Virus record (IMG/VR): IMGVR_UViG_3300045988_106087
Location: 1 to 62,951 of that record
Length of the DNA: 62,951 nucleotides
Source of the DNA: a virus
Direction: 5' to 3' (one strand)
Under the pieces are notes generated by a model that was given only the letters and a program-made list of their open reading frames with translations, was not told the DNA's origin and searched no databases. How positions within the stretch are numbered: position 1 is the first letter of the stretch; every line of letters begins with the position of its first letter. The position numbers and the translations under genes are program-made. Below are positions 9,217-17,141 of this stretch, piece by piece.

Positions 9217-9222
9217 GTTTTT

Positions 9223-9296
9223 GGACAATTGTTTTGCTGGAAAGAGACTTTTTCATAACTCCTCTAAGGGACGTGGTTCTTGCCACGTCCCTTTTT
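9223..9296 (+). ncRNA. Candidate ~75-nt small RNA (promoter-to-terminator unit without a credible ORF)
   Basis: Bounded by the promoter at 9188-9216 and the intrinsic terminator at 9268-9296. No RBS-preceded ORF inside. Confidence 0.35.
9268..9296 (+). terminator. Intrinsic terminator
   Basis: GGGACGTGG-ttcttg-CCACGTCCC followed by TTTTT. Confidence 0.75.
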
Positions 9297-9308
9297 GTTA
9301 TTCCACTA

Positions 9309-9337
9309 TTGAAATTATTTTGAAATAATGTTATAAT
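9309..9337 (+). promoter_or_regulatory. Sigma-A type promoter with extended -10 (TTGAAA-17-TGtTATAAT)
   Basis: -35 at 9309-9314, -10 at 9332-9337. Confidence 0.6.
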
Positions 9338-9346
9338 ATTCCATGT

Positions 9347-9451
9347 GATAGCGAGTATTAGCGGTGCTTGCCATCCAGCAACTGAATACTTGCTATCATA
9401 CAAATGCGTATTGGTATCGGTGCCGCTAACACCTTTACTGATGCGCTTTTT
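9347..9451 (+). promoter_or_regulatory. Structured 5' leader: long hairpin plus terminator-like hairpin with U-run (possible attenuator/riboregulator) upstream of the 9478 CDS
   Basis: GATAGCGAGTATT (9347-9359) pairs with AATACTTGCTATC (9385-9397). GCGTATTGGT (9406-9415) pairs with ACTGATGCGC (9437-9446) and is followed by TTTTT. The two loops are complementary (TTAGCGGTGC / GGTGCCGCTAA, with G-U pairs). Confidence 0.45.
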
Positions 9452-9477
9452 GTGTAGAAAGAAAATGAGGTATAAGA

Positions 9478-10383
9478 ATGGCAGATGTAAAATGGATAAA
9501 GATAACAACGGATATATTTGACGATGAAAAGATATTATTGATTGAGAGCCTTCCGGAATCGGATGCTATTATCGTCATATGGTTCAAATTGCTATGTCTT
9601 GCAGGGAAGATGAATAACAGCGGTGTGTTTGTGATGAATAACCGAATTGCATACACAGATCAGATGCTTGCTACTATCTTCCGGAAAAAAGAAGCCACAG
9701 TAAAACTAGCACTAAGCACATTTGAAAAATTCGGAATGATTGAAATTGTCAATGGTGTGATAACGATACCGAACTGGGACAAGCACCAAAGCCTTGACGC
9801 ATACGAGCGGAAAAAGAAAAGAGACAGGAACTATCAAGCGGATAGAAGAGCGAAACAAAGAGCACTTGTTGGCGAATCGTCTGACACATCGTCTGACACG
9901 TCGTCTGACACATCGTCTGACACGTCGTCTGACGTCGCTCCCCTAGAAGAAGATATAGATATAGATAAAGATATATATAATAATAATTGTGCATTTGACA
10001 ATGCACATTGCACAAATAACAAGCCAACAAAAACACAAATCAATGCATTCTTTGAATCTGTTTGGAAACTGTACCCTGTCAAAAAGGGGAAAGGTCAGGT
10101 ATCGGATGCAAAGAAAGCAAAGCTATATTCCGTTGGCTATGATGAGTTATGCAGAGCAATAGAACGATACAAGGCAGAACTGGAGAAGGATTCAGATTGG
10201 AGAAAGCCACAGAACGGAAGCACATTCTTTAATTCCGGATATGTGGATTATCTGGATGCGAACTATCAACCACAAGAGCGTAAACCAAAACATAAGAATC
10301 AGTTCAATAACTTTCATCAAAGGGAAGTAAAGAAAACCGAAATGGACGATTTGGAAAAGAAACTTTTGAGAGGGGAGAGGTAG
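9478..10383 (+). CDS. Phage replisome-organizer N-terminal domain protein with DnaD-like C-terminal region
   Basis: The N-terminus 'WIKITTDIFDDEKILLIESLPESDAIIVIWFKLLCLAGK...' is typical of phage_rep_org_N. The C-terminus 'FESVWKLYPVKKGKG...TFFNSGYVDYL' is typical of phage replication proteins. Confidence 0.7.
   Translation: MADVKWIKITTDIFDDEKILLIESLPESDAIIVIWFKLLCLAGKMNNSGVFVMNNRIAYTDQMLATIFRKKEATVKLALSTFEKFGMIEIVNGVITIPNWDKHQSLDAYERKKKRDRNYQADRRAKQRALVGESSDTSSDTSSDTSSDTSSDVAPLEEDIDIDKDIYNNNCAFDNAHCTNNKPTKTQINAFFESVWKLYPVKKGKGQVSDAKKAKLYSVGYDELCRAIERYKAELEKDSDWRKPQNGSTFFNSGYVDYLDANYQPQERKPKHKNQFNNFHQREVKKTEMDDLEKKLLRGER
9877..9935 (+). repeat. In-frame tandem repeat, about 4.9 copies of 12 nt (TCGTCTGACAC[A/G]) encoding (SSDT)n
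   Basis: Read directly. Lies in the linker of the 9478 CDS. Confidence 0.95.
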
Positions 10384-10386
10384 GCC

Positions 10387-11340
10387 ATGATAAAAACATA
10401 TAAGCAGGTGGACATCGAGAAAGTAGGGAAGATCATCCCAATAACCGCATTGATAGCCACGAAAAAAATCAAAAAATATCTGGATGCAAAGGAGCCGGAA
10501 CTTGTTTTCTTTCTGCATAACCTTTGGAATAACCAGGGCAAGGCAATTACATACAAGGAATTGAGAGAAGCAATCATTGACGGATATCTCTCGGAGAAGT
10601 TGCTTGAAGAGTGGTATCAGGACTATACAAAGTTTGTAGTGGATAAGGTTGCTCCGATGTGGGCGGATGCCATGAAAGAAGCAAACTCCGAACTGTACAA
10701 GAATCCGAAGTTCTATTTTGATCCGATGCAGCAGGAAGTTGTTGACTGGACCAATACGAGGGCGGCCATGTTTGTTACCAACGTAACGAAAGAACAGGTT
10801 GCCGGAATCCGTGAGGTTGTCAAAAGAGCATCCCAGCTGAACGATATGAACGTGGACGAACTTTCAAGGGCAATCCGTCCGATGGTTGGACTTGACTACA
10901 GACAGAGCATTGCAAACATGAACTATTACACGAAAATGATCGAGAACGGTGTAAAGCCGAATACCGCTCTGGAGAAGAGTATCAAGTATTCCGCAAGGCA
11001 GAACAGACATCGTGCATACCGGATTGCAAGAACGGAACTCGTATTTGCATACAATCAAGGATCATACTACGGAACCAAGCAAGCACAGGAGCAAGGACTT
11101 CTCGGAAGAGTGGAAAAGGTATGGTGTACGGCAGAGGATGAGCGCACTTGTGAGATATGCGGAGCATTGGAAGGGAAGAGGATTGCCATGGATGATGATT
11201 TTGATTTTAAAACAAAACTCATTGAGCCTGGTATCAAGAGAGTACCTCCTGCGCATCCTCATTGTCGCTGCACGGTTATCTTTGATGAGGTTGAGCCACC
11301 GATCCAAGCGGTGGAGATTCCTGAAATCATAAAGCAATAA
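10387..11340 (+). CDS. Head morphogenesis protein, SPP1 gp7 / Mu F family
   Basis: 'RIARTELVFAYNQG...WCTAEDERTCEICGALEGK...PPAHPHCRC' is the hallmark of Phage_Mu_F. Confidence 0.9.
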   Translation: MIKTYKQVDIEKVGKIIPITALIATKKIKKYLDAKEPELVFFLHNLWNNQGKAITYKELREAIIDGYLSEKLLEEWYQDYTKFVVDKVAPMWADAMKEANSELYKNPKFYFDPMQQEVVDWTNTRAAMFVTNVTKEQVAGIREVVKRASQLNDMNVDELSRAIRPMVGLDYRQSIANMNYYTKMIENGVKPNTALEKSIKYSARQNRHRAYRIARTELVFAYNQGSYYGTKQAQEQGLLGRVEKVWCTAEDERTCEICGALEGKRIAMDDDFDFKTKLIEPGIKRVPPAHPHCRCTVIFDEVEPPIQAVEIPEIIKQ

Positions 11341-11421
11341 AACATAATAAGAACATCATATTTCTGTATATTTTCTGTGAAAAGGTGTATACTAAAGATA
11401 GAGATAGGGAGTGATGATATC

Positions 11422-11673
11422 ATGTTGGAAGTATTCAACACCGGCGGCGGTATCTGGTTGGCAGAAGTAGAGATTAACGACATCGGAGATTATGCGGTGG
11501 TGAACAGTGAACACCAGGAAATTATCAGCTTGTACCATAAGCCAGAAGATGGGGAAACAAAATATCTTCCAGAAGATATGTACATGAGTATGCACTGTGA
11601 CAACCTAGGTATTGAGATGGGAGCATTGCACTCAAGAATGCTTTTAGAACTAAAAAGAAAAATGGATAAATAG
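11422..11673 (+). CDS. Hypothetical protein
   Basis: The ORF is open from 11377 (GTG). ATG 11422 is preferred. Followed by a terminator. Confidence 0.5.
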   Translation: MLEVFNTGGGIWLAEVEINDIGDYAVVNSEHQEIISLYHKPEDGETKYLPEDMYMSMHCDNLGIEMGALHSRMLLELKRKMDK

Positions 11674-11701
11674 AAAAGGAGCGGTTATCCGCTCCTTTTT
11701 A
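11674..11701. terminator. Bidirectional intrinsic terminator between convergent genes
   Basis: AAAA-GGAGCGG-ttat-CCGCTCC-TTTTT. Confidence 0.8.
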
Positions 11702-11722
11702 TTATTGCCTTGTCCGATTTTG

Positions 11723-12835
11723 TTATGCGATTACTTCTTTGATTTCCTCAATAACTCTCTTTGCAGAATACCTCGCATTATTTGTCAGCTGTCTTTGCCA
11801 AGCCGTATTCTTTGGGGACCAGCGGAAACCGTTCTTTTTCAAAATATCCCTTACTTCAGGATCCGGCTTTCCGTCAAAGATAAGTTGTAGCCGCATCTGT
11901 TCTGTATTCTCTACCACCTTGCAAACATCTGTTTCCAGTTCTGACGTGCCGTTTTCTTTTGCCGCCTTTAGGCTTTTAAGCCTTGATTCAACTCTACGGA
12001 TATTTGCGTTGTTGTTCCGGAGCGCATAGTCCGGATAACCAACCCTTCCGCAGAAGTCAGGCTCACGAAGCTGTTTTATTTGGGTGTCTGAATAACCCAT
12101 ATCTCTCAACTTTGCATTGCCTTTTTCTGTGTCTTTCAACCGGACCGCTCTATTTGCGGCTTTCATTTCTTCCTGATTATCTTTCAGCTTTTTCAATTTG
12201 CTTTCCAGCTTTTCTATAGCGTCCGCATCACCGGACTTGATCTGCTCACGGCCATAGAGGATGTTTTCAATCTTTGTTTTGATTTCCTGGATATGCTTGT
12301 ACTCTTCCATGTTGCGTTCCCATGCCGCATTCTGCTTTTCTTTCTTTCTTACCGGGAAGTTACCTGCTCCGGAAATCATCACAGATGGACACATACATCC
12401 AATTCTGATTTCATCGTTCATATTGTCGGCCATTTTCTTTGCGTACCGTTCAGCAAGCCTGTAGGCTCTGTCAGCACTATCCGGTCTACGCTCCGCTACC
12501 ATATCGGCAATACCGTAGCATTCATCTACCATTGCACGATAGTTGGCCGTTTTTGTTCCCGGAACATAATCCCTAAATGACATCATATCATTTGCTGTCT
12601 TTGCTGCAGTTTCATTGATTTCAAAATACTTTCTTTCACTCATGTTTTGTACATTCCTTTCTTCTACAATGTCAAAGAATCCTCTTTTTCTCAAACTGGA
12701 TTCCACTTTGTCAAGAAACTCTTGAACCTGTTCCTTTGTCCAGTCCGGATGCTCCTTTTCAATCTGCATCCTAGTTTCTGATTTCCATGCAATATATTCT
12801 GAATCTCTCATGATGTCCACATCCTTTCTAATCAT
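11723..12835 (-). CDS. Hypothetical protein resembling conjugative-element / polyvalent-protein-associated domains (DUF3560-like C-terminus)
   Basis: 370 aa. The C-terminal 'LIFDGKPDPEVRDILKKNGFRWSPKNTAWQRQL' and the central coiled coil are recalled from MGE proteins of unknown function. Alternative start at 12811. Confidence 0.5.
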   Translation of the reverse strand: MIRKDVDIMRDSEYIAWKSETRMQIEKEHPDWTKEQVQEFLDKVESSLRKRGFFDIVEERNVQNMSERKYFEINETAAKTANDMMSFRDYVPGTKTANYRAMVDECYGIADMVAERRPDSADRAYRLAERYAKKMADNMNDEIRIGCMCPSVMISGAGNFPVRKKEKQNAAWERNMEEYKHIQEIKTKIENILYGREQIKSGDADAIEKLESKLKKLKDNQEEMKAANRAVRLKDTEKGNAKLRDMGYSDTQIKQLREPDFCGRVGYPDYALRNNNANIRRVESRLKSLKAAKENGTSELETDVCKVVENTEQMRLQLIFDGKPDPEVRDILKKNGFRWSPKNTAWQRQLTNNARYSAKRVIEEIKEVIA

Positions 12836-13061
12836 CTGCTAAATCGTCAATGTTATCTCCCTCATAGGCTTCAAACACCGCACTCTTTGAATATTCATTT
12901 CCACCAAAACCGCTTTCACAAAGGTACAATGAGTTTTCCTTTTCGCTAAAGCAGGTATGGTCTAAATCCGTCTGCATCGGATATCGTGGTTGGTAGCAAA
13001 GTTTTACTTCCATGTTTCCGTCCATGTCTTCAAGTGCTTCTCTCAATTCTTGTACTGTCAT
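12828..13061 (-). CDS. Hypothetical acidic protein
   Basis: 77-aa ORF that overlaps the downstream gene start. Confidence 0.55.
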   Translation of the reverse strand: MTVQELREALEDMDGNMEVKLCYQPRYPMQTDLDHTCFSEKENSLYLCESGFGGNEYSKSAVFEAYEGDNIDDLADD

Positions 13062-13109
13062 AACGTCCTCACTTTCTACCCTCGTAACCTCCGGGGTGGG
13101 TTGCTATTG

Positions 13110-13451
13110 TTAGTGACTAAGCATATCGTACTGTTTTTGTGATTCTGTTCTGTCATGAAGTGACAGAGGATAATCAGAATCAAATCTTGAATCGGATGTG
13201 TAGCAGATGCAACCGCCGCTCATCCAGCCTACACCGTCCGGCTTTGCTACCGGCTCAATGTGTTTATGTTCTTTACTGCCCCAAAATGATGTTACAATCT
13301 TACAGAGGTTTTCAGGGATGTTATCCTCATCAATCTCTACGTTTCCATCCTCACAGATCAGAAGAATCTCATTGTATCTTTCTGAAATTCCGTGATTGCT
13401 GCAGTTACCGATTTTCTTGTTCTCATAAATACTTACGTTTAATGCTTTCAT
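13110..13451 (-). CDS. Hypothetical protein (family seen in Firmicutes MGEs)
   Basis: 113-aa ORF, 'GNCSNHGISERY...GWMSGGCICYTSDSRF'. First gene of the leftward cassette. Confidence 0.55.
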   Translation of the reverse strand: MKALNVSIYENKKIGNCSNHGISERYNEILLICEDGNVEIDEDNIPENLCKIVTSFWGSKEHKHIEPVAKPDGVGWMSGGCICYTSDSRFDSDYPLSLHDRTESQKQYDMLSH

Positions 13452-13503
13452 AACTCTTACCTCATATCTTTCTTTTCTGTGTTGTTTCTGTGTTTCTATA
13501 ATT

Positions 13504-13560
13504 ATAATACCACGTTATGCCGTGGTTTACAATAGTAAAATTGTAAACAATTTGTAAACA
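13504..13560 (-). promoter_or_regulatory. Leftward promoter (TTGTAA-17-TATTAT) with an internal inverted repeat and an upstream tandem TGTTTACAA box
   Basis: On the minus strand the -35 is at 13532-13527 and the -10 at 13509-13504. CCACG..CGTGG lies in the spacer. TGTTTACAAATTGTTTACAATTTT lies at 13560-13537. Homologous to 44574-44630. Confidence 0.55.
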
Positions 13561-13628
13561 GAATCAGCACCGAAAAGACACAGGCACTTTCCGTTTGAAA
13601 GAAAATGTAAAAAATGTTAAAAAACATA

Positions 13629-13657
13629 TTGAAAAAACAGAATATTTTGTGTAAACT
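13629..13657 (+). promoter_or_regulatory. Possible rightward promoter (TTGAAA-17-TAAACT)
   Basis: Spacing and hexamers read from the sequence, upstream of the 13734 CDS. Confidence 0.35.
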
Positions 13658-13733
13658 GATATTATGTTAGAATAATAAATAACAACCCTCGTAACAATAA
13701 ACCCTCGCATATACCTCACCAGGAGGTGCCGCA

Positions 13734-16382
13734 TTGAAAGCAAAATCATTTTCCGAAATAGTAAAACTGAATAAATCTGGTGCGGATATAGACAAGTTCA
13801 ATCCGTATCACGACAGCCTTGGCAGATTTACTACCAGCGGTGGCGGTGCATCCTTTTCTGGTACGTTGCTGCATGGTAGTCCAAACAAAGGCATCAAAGA
13901 GTTTGACATCAATAGAGCCGGATCCAATACAGGCTCTGGAGAAAAACTGTTATTCTTCACGAACGATAAGCAGATGGCAGATGATTTTTCCTATGAGCGG
14001 TTGCCCGGTTCTACAAAGTTTATGAACGTCAGAGGAAAAAAGGGAGAGGTTTACCGAACAAAGGTGAGGATGAAAAAGCCGCTCGACTTTAGGAATTTAT
14101 CAGATGACGATATCAAGGCAATAAAAGAACTTGATGCGGATGGGATTCTTACCGACAAGGATATCAAGATGATGGCCGGAATGAAGAATCACGGATCATT
14201 GAAAGCCGGTCTTGATCTACGACCTGAAACGTTGAGCCGACTTGGTTATGACGGCATCATTGCGAACACAGATAACGGAAAGACAGAGTTTGCGGTTGTT
14301 GATAGCAAACAGACTAAGATAATACATAAGTCATTTTCGGAAATTTTGAAATCAAGTAAACAAGTAAGTCTTGTTGAAAGATGGCAGAAAGACCCGAACT
14401 CATTTAAGGTTTTGAACGAAGTAGAGGATCTTGACAAATTTAACCCCTACCATGATAGCTTAGGCAGATTTGCTACCGGTGGCGGTGCGGCATCATTCAC
14501 TTGGAAACCTGGGGCAAGTACCGCTCATGATAATGCTATCGCACGAGAAAAGGAGCGCAATGCTTCATCTGGTGGTGGATCTGAAAGTAAACAGACAGAT
14601 GGAAGAGGTCATGTTACACCAAAGAGCCACAAGGAACGGCTCGACATTGTAAAGCGGGAATTAGGTTGCGATGATAAGCAGGCAAAGAAGTACGCAAAAA
14701 GCATATACTCATTTACCTCGGAGAACTACGAAGCCATCCGGGCATATCAGAACGGTGTGAAAAATGATTATACGAAAAAATTCAGCCGTGACGCAAAAAA
14801 TGCTGAGGATTACATAGAAAAAGCACCGAAATGGAACGGTGGAACACTTTACAGAGGTATCAATTTAGAAAATGGAGATGCGAATACTGTTTTCAAATCT
14901 GGAACAGAATTGGATATGCGAGGAACTTCCTCATGGAGCAGTGATAAAGGGGTTGCTGATAACTTCACATTTGGAAGCGGAACAAAGGTTGTGTTCCAAT
15001 GCGACAAAGTAAGCAAGGCAACTTCCGTAACGCATCTGTCCGATAACCCATCCGAAAAAGAGGTGCTTGTATCAAAAGATACAAAGTATGTTTCCAAAAA
15101 AGTATCGAAAAAGGGAAATGTTTACTATGTCTATCTCGACGAAGTTACCAGTACAGCAAAATCTTTCTCGGATATATTGAAGTTCAACGATAACCACGAC
15201 CATCTCGGACGATTCTCTTCCGGCAGCAGTACTGGAGCGGCGGTTGCAAGTGAAACCTCGTCTGGTTCCTATGGTAACGTTGATGAATTTCAAAAAGACA
15301 AAAAGGAAACATGGAGCGCAACAAGCGAATTTTCAGAAAATAAAAAAGGTGCGGAACAGCATTTCCAAGCCTACAAGGATTTTTATAGTAAATATCAAAA
15401 GGGAACAGCCAGCAAAGACAACTATTACTTTGATACCATGGCAGAATTTGACCCGATGAAAAGCAGACCTCGCAGACAGCCTGATTATGTGAGCCGTGAT
15501 AGAAACGGAAAAGTATCAAGCGAATATTGGTACACAGAAGATGGAGTGGTTAGGGGTAGCGATCATTGGGGAGAAGGAGTTGCTAGTTGTGATTGGTCCT
15601 TGAAAGGTGTCACATCCGGAAGCAGACCACTTGAAATAGAGCATACCGGGAAAAAGTATGGCAAGGCAAAGTGGGAAGATTTTGTTCACAAACCTACCGT
15701 TGCAGAAATCAACGGCGAAAAGGTTATGTCCAGCTTCCACAACATGAGTGAGAAAGGCATCATCACGCACAAAGGAACAGATTATGAATATAACCGCTGG
15801 GAGAGCAAATGGGAACCAACCACTAGCAGTACAGCAAAGTCCTTTTCCGAATCGGAGGTGAAAGAATTGAATAATGCAGATACGGAACTTTGTAGTCCTC
15901 CATTTAATATCACAAAGGCAGACGAAGATAAAAGGCTCGTCTTTGGATGGGCCTTGGTGTCTGCCGATAAGGACGGAAACAAACTCATTGACCGCCAAGG
16001 TGATATGGTAGAGCCTGACGATTTGGAAGATGGAGCATATGAGTATGTTTTGAACTTCCGGGATGCCGGAGAGGAACATATCGGAACGCTCCGAAAGAAA
16101 GCACGAATGGTTGAATCGTGCGTATTTACTCCGGAGAAGATGAAAGCCATCGGAATACCAGAGGGAACAATCCCGGTAGGCTGGTGGATTGGCTTTTATG
16201 TTGACGATGATACGACATGGGAGCGGATCAAGTCCGGAAAGTACAAAATGTTTTCAATTGAGGGAAAGGCGGTTAGGGAGCCTATTGAGGATTCCCAACC
16301 GCATCCAACCGGGAAAATTGCAAAATCCTTTTCAGAGATCATTGAGAAATTTAACCCTTACCACGATAGGCTAGGACGATGA
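13734..16382 (+). CDS. Polyvalent multidomain protein: ART-like domain, ADP-ribosyltransferase (R-S-E, exoenzyme-type) domain, unknown 'SDHWG' domain and C-terminal XkdF-type prohead protease domain
   Basis: TTG start after AGGAGG. ART motifs: 'TLYRG' (14847-58), 'GTSSWSS' (about 14926-43), 'SEKEVLV' (ExE, 15054-62). XkdF-like region 'KADEDKRLVFGWALVS...GEEHIG...MVESCVF...WWIGFYVDDD..W..IKSGKYKMFSIEG' (about 15876-16299). Five internal copies of the AKSFSEILK/FNPYHD..GRF linker. Confidence 0.8.
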   Translation: MKAKSFSEIVKLNKSGADIDKFNPYHDSLGRFTTSGGGASFSGTLLHGSPNKGIKEFDINRAGSNTGSGEKLLFFTNDKQMADDFSYERLPGSTKFMNVRGKKGEVYRTKVRMKKPLDFRNLSDDDIKAIKELDADGILTDKDIKMMAGMKNHGSLKAGLDLRPETLSRLGYDGIIANTDNGKTEFAVVDSKQTKIIHKSFSEILKSSKQVSLVERWQKDPNSFKVLNEVEDLDKFNPYHDSLGRFATGGGAASFTWKPGASTAHDNAIAREKERNASSGGGSESKQTDGRGHVTPKSHKERLDIVKRELGCDDKQAKKYAKSIYSFTSENYEAIRAYQNGVKNDYTKKFSRDAKNAEDYIEKAPKWNGGTLYRGINLENGDANTVFKSGTELDMRGTSSWSSDKGVADNFTFGSGTKVVFQCDKVSKATSVTHLSDNPSEKEVLVSKDTKYVSKKVSKKGNVYYVYLDEVTSTAKSFSDILKFNDNHDHLGRFSSGSSTGAAVASETSSGSYGNVDEFQKDKKETWSATSEFSENKKGAEQHFQAYKDFYSKYQKGTASKDNYYFDTMAEFDPMKSRPRRQPDYVSRDRNGKVSSEYWYTEDGVVRGSDHWGEGVASCDWSLKGVTSGSRPLEIEHTGKKYGKAKWEDFVHKPTVAEINGEKVMSSFHNMSEKGIITHKGTDYEYNRWESKWEPTTSSTAKSFSESEVKELNNADTELCSPPFNITKADEDKRLVFGWALVSADKDGNKLIDRQGDMVEPDDLEDGAYEYVLNFRDAGEEHIGTLRKKARMVESCVFTPEKMKAIGIPEGTIPVGWWIGFYVDDDTTWERIKSGKYKMFSIEGKAVREPIEDSQPHPTGKIAKSFSEIIEKFNPYHDRLGR

Positions 16383-17140
16383 CAAGAGATCCTAAGAAGC
16401 AACACATGGCTGATAAGGCTATTGCCAGAGCAAAAGAAAAGGCAACCGCTGGTGGTGGTGCTCCAAAACCTATGACAGAGGATGAATATTTAAACTCAAA
16501 AGGATTGGGTAGTCCGGTTAGTGATTACAACCTTGACAAAGTTAGAATCCCACACGGAGAAACTGAAAAACAGAAGAAAAAAAGAATTGCAGAAGGTCAA
16601 AAAGCAGCAGATGAGTATCAGAAAAAAAGAGAACAGGCACGACAGGAATACCGTGAAAAGGTAAAGAACGGCGAATTAAGAGACAAGACAAATGTTGAAA
16701 GACTTGTTGACAGGGCAAACGGACATCCTGACAATCCATCTACGCAGGCTGCAAGAAGAGTAGCAGAAAAAAGAGGTATTGACTGGAGAACCGGAAAACC
16801 TATTCAAAATACTTCTTCCGGTGGTGGAGAAGTAAAGGCTATCAAGGTAACAACTCCAGATGGAACTGTATTAACATACCGTGACAGAGGAAGTGGACAT
16901 ATCACGGATTTAGATGGAGTTTCACCTAAGAGTACAAATAACCTCTCTATCAAGCAGATACATGATAGAGCAAAGCAGATGGGTTACAAGGTTGAAACCT
17001 TTGACGATAAGCAGTTAGGACAGCATGACAGCAATAGGAAAGCAGAAAGAAAGCAGACTGACAAGGAACTTAACGCTATGAGTGCAAAGGATAGATCAAA
17101 CACATACAGAGCACCACGAAGCGGATGGAAAGGACATTGA
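16379..17140 (+). CDS. Highly charged hypothetical protein, continuation of the polyvalent array (ATGA start/stop overlap)
   Basis: 253 aa. The start codon overlaps the stop of the 13734 CDS, exactly where the linker motif is cut (…FNPYHDRLGR*). Confidence 0.65.
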   Translation: MTRDPKKQHMADKAIARAKEKATAGGGAPKPMTEDEYLNSKGLGSPVSDYNLDKVRIPHGETEKQKKKRIAEGQKAADEYQKKREQARQEYREKVKNGELRDKTNVERLVDRANGHPDNPSTQAARRVAEKRGIDWRTGKPIQNTSSGGGEVKAIKVTTPDGTVLTYRDRGSGHITDLDGVSPKSTNNLSIKQIHDRAKQMGYKVETFDDKQLGQHDSNRKAERKQTDKELNAMSAKDRSNTYRAPRSGWKGH

Positions 17141-17141
17141 T

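Noticed and set aside
9032-9477. tRNA or tmRNA genes in the larger intergenic gaps (9032-9477, 13452-13733, 44584-44956, 57436-57754)
   Set aside because: I found no cloverleaf-compatible acceptor/T-arm pairing or GTTCxAxxC T-loop by eye. A tRNAscan-SE or ARAGORN run would be needed for certainty.
9877-9990. Short tandem repeats that could be mistaken for a CRISPR-like or satellite array
   Set aside because: The 12-nt units are contiguous with no spacers, are in frame and lie inside a CDS. No repeat-spacer architecture or cas genes occur anywhere in the window.
11012-11332. 106-aa same-strand overlapping ORF inside the MuF gene
   Set aside because: The translation is not protein-like (Arg/Ser/Leu-rich), there is no SD upstream, and the zero frame carries the conserved MuF motifs. 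Its features contrast with those of the 46691..47113 ORF, which I kept as a finding.
16376-16385. Possible programmed frameshift or stop-codon readthrough joining the 882-aa and 253-aa ORFs
   Set aside because: There is no slippery heptamer. TGA readthrough gives a short nonsense tail. An ATGA overlap (translational coupling) explains the junction.
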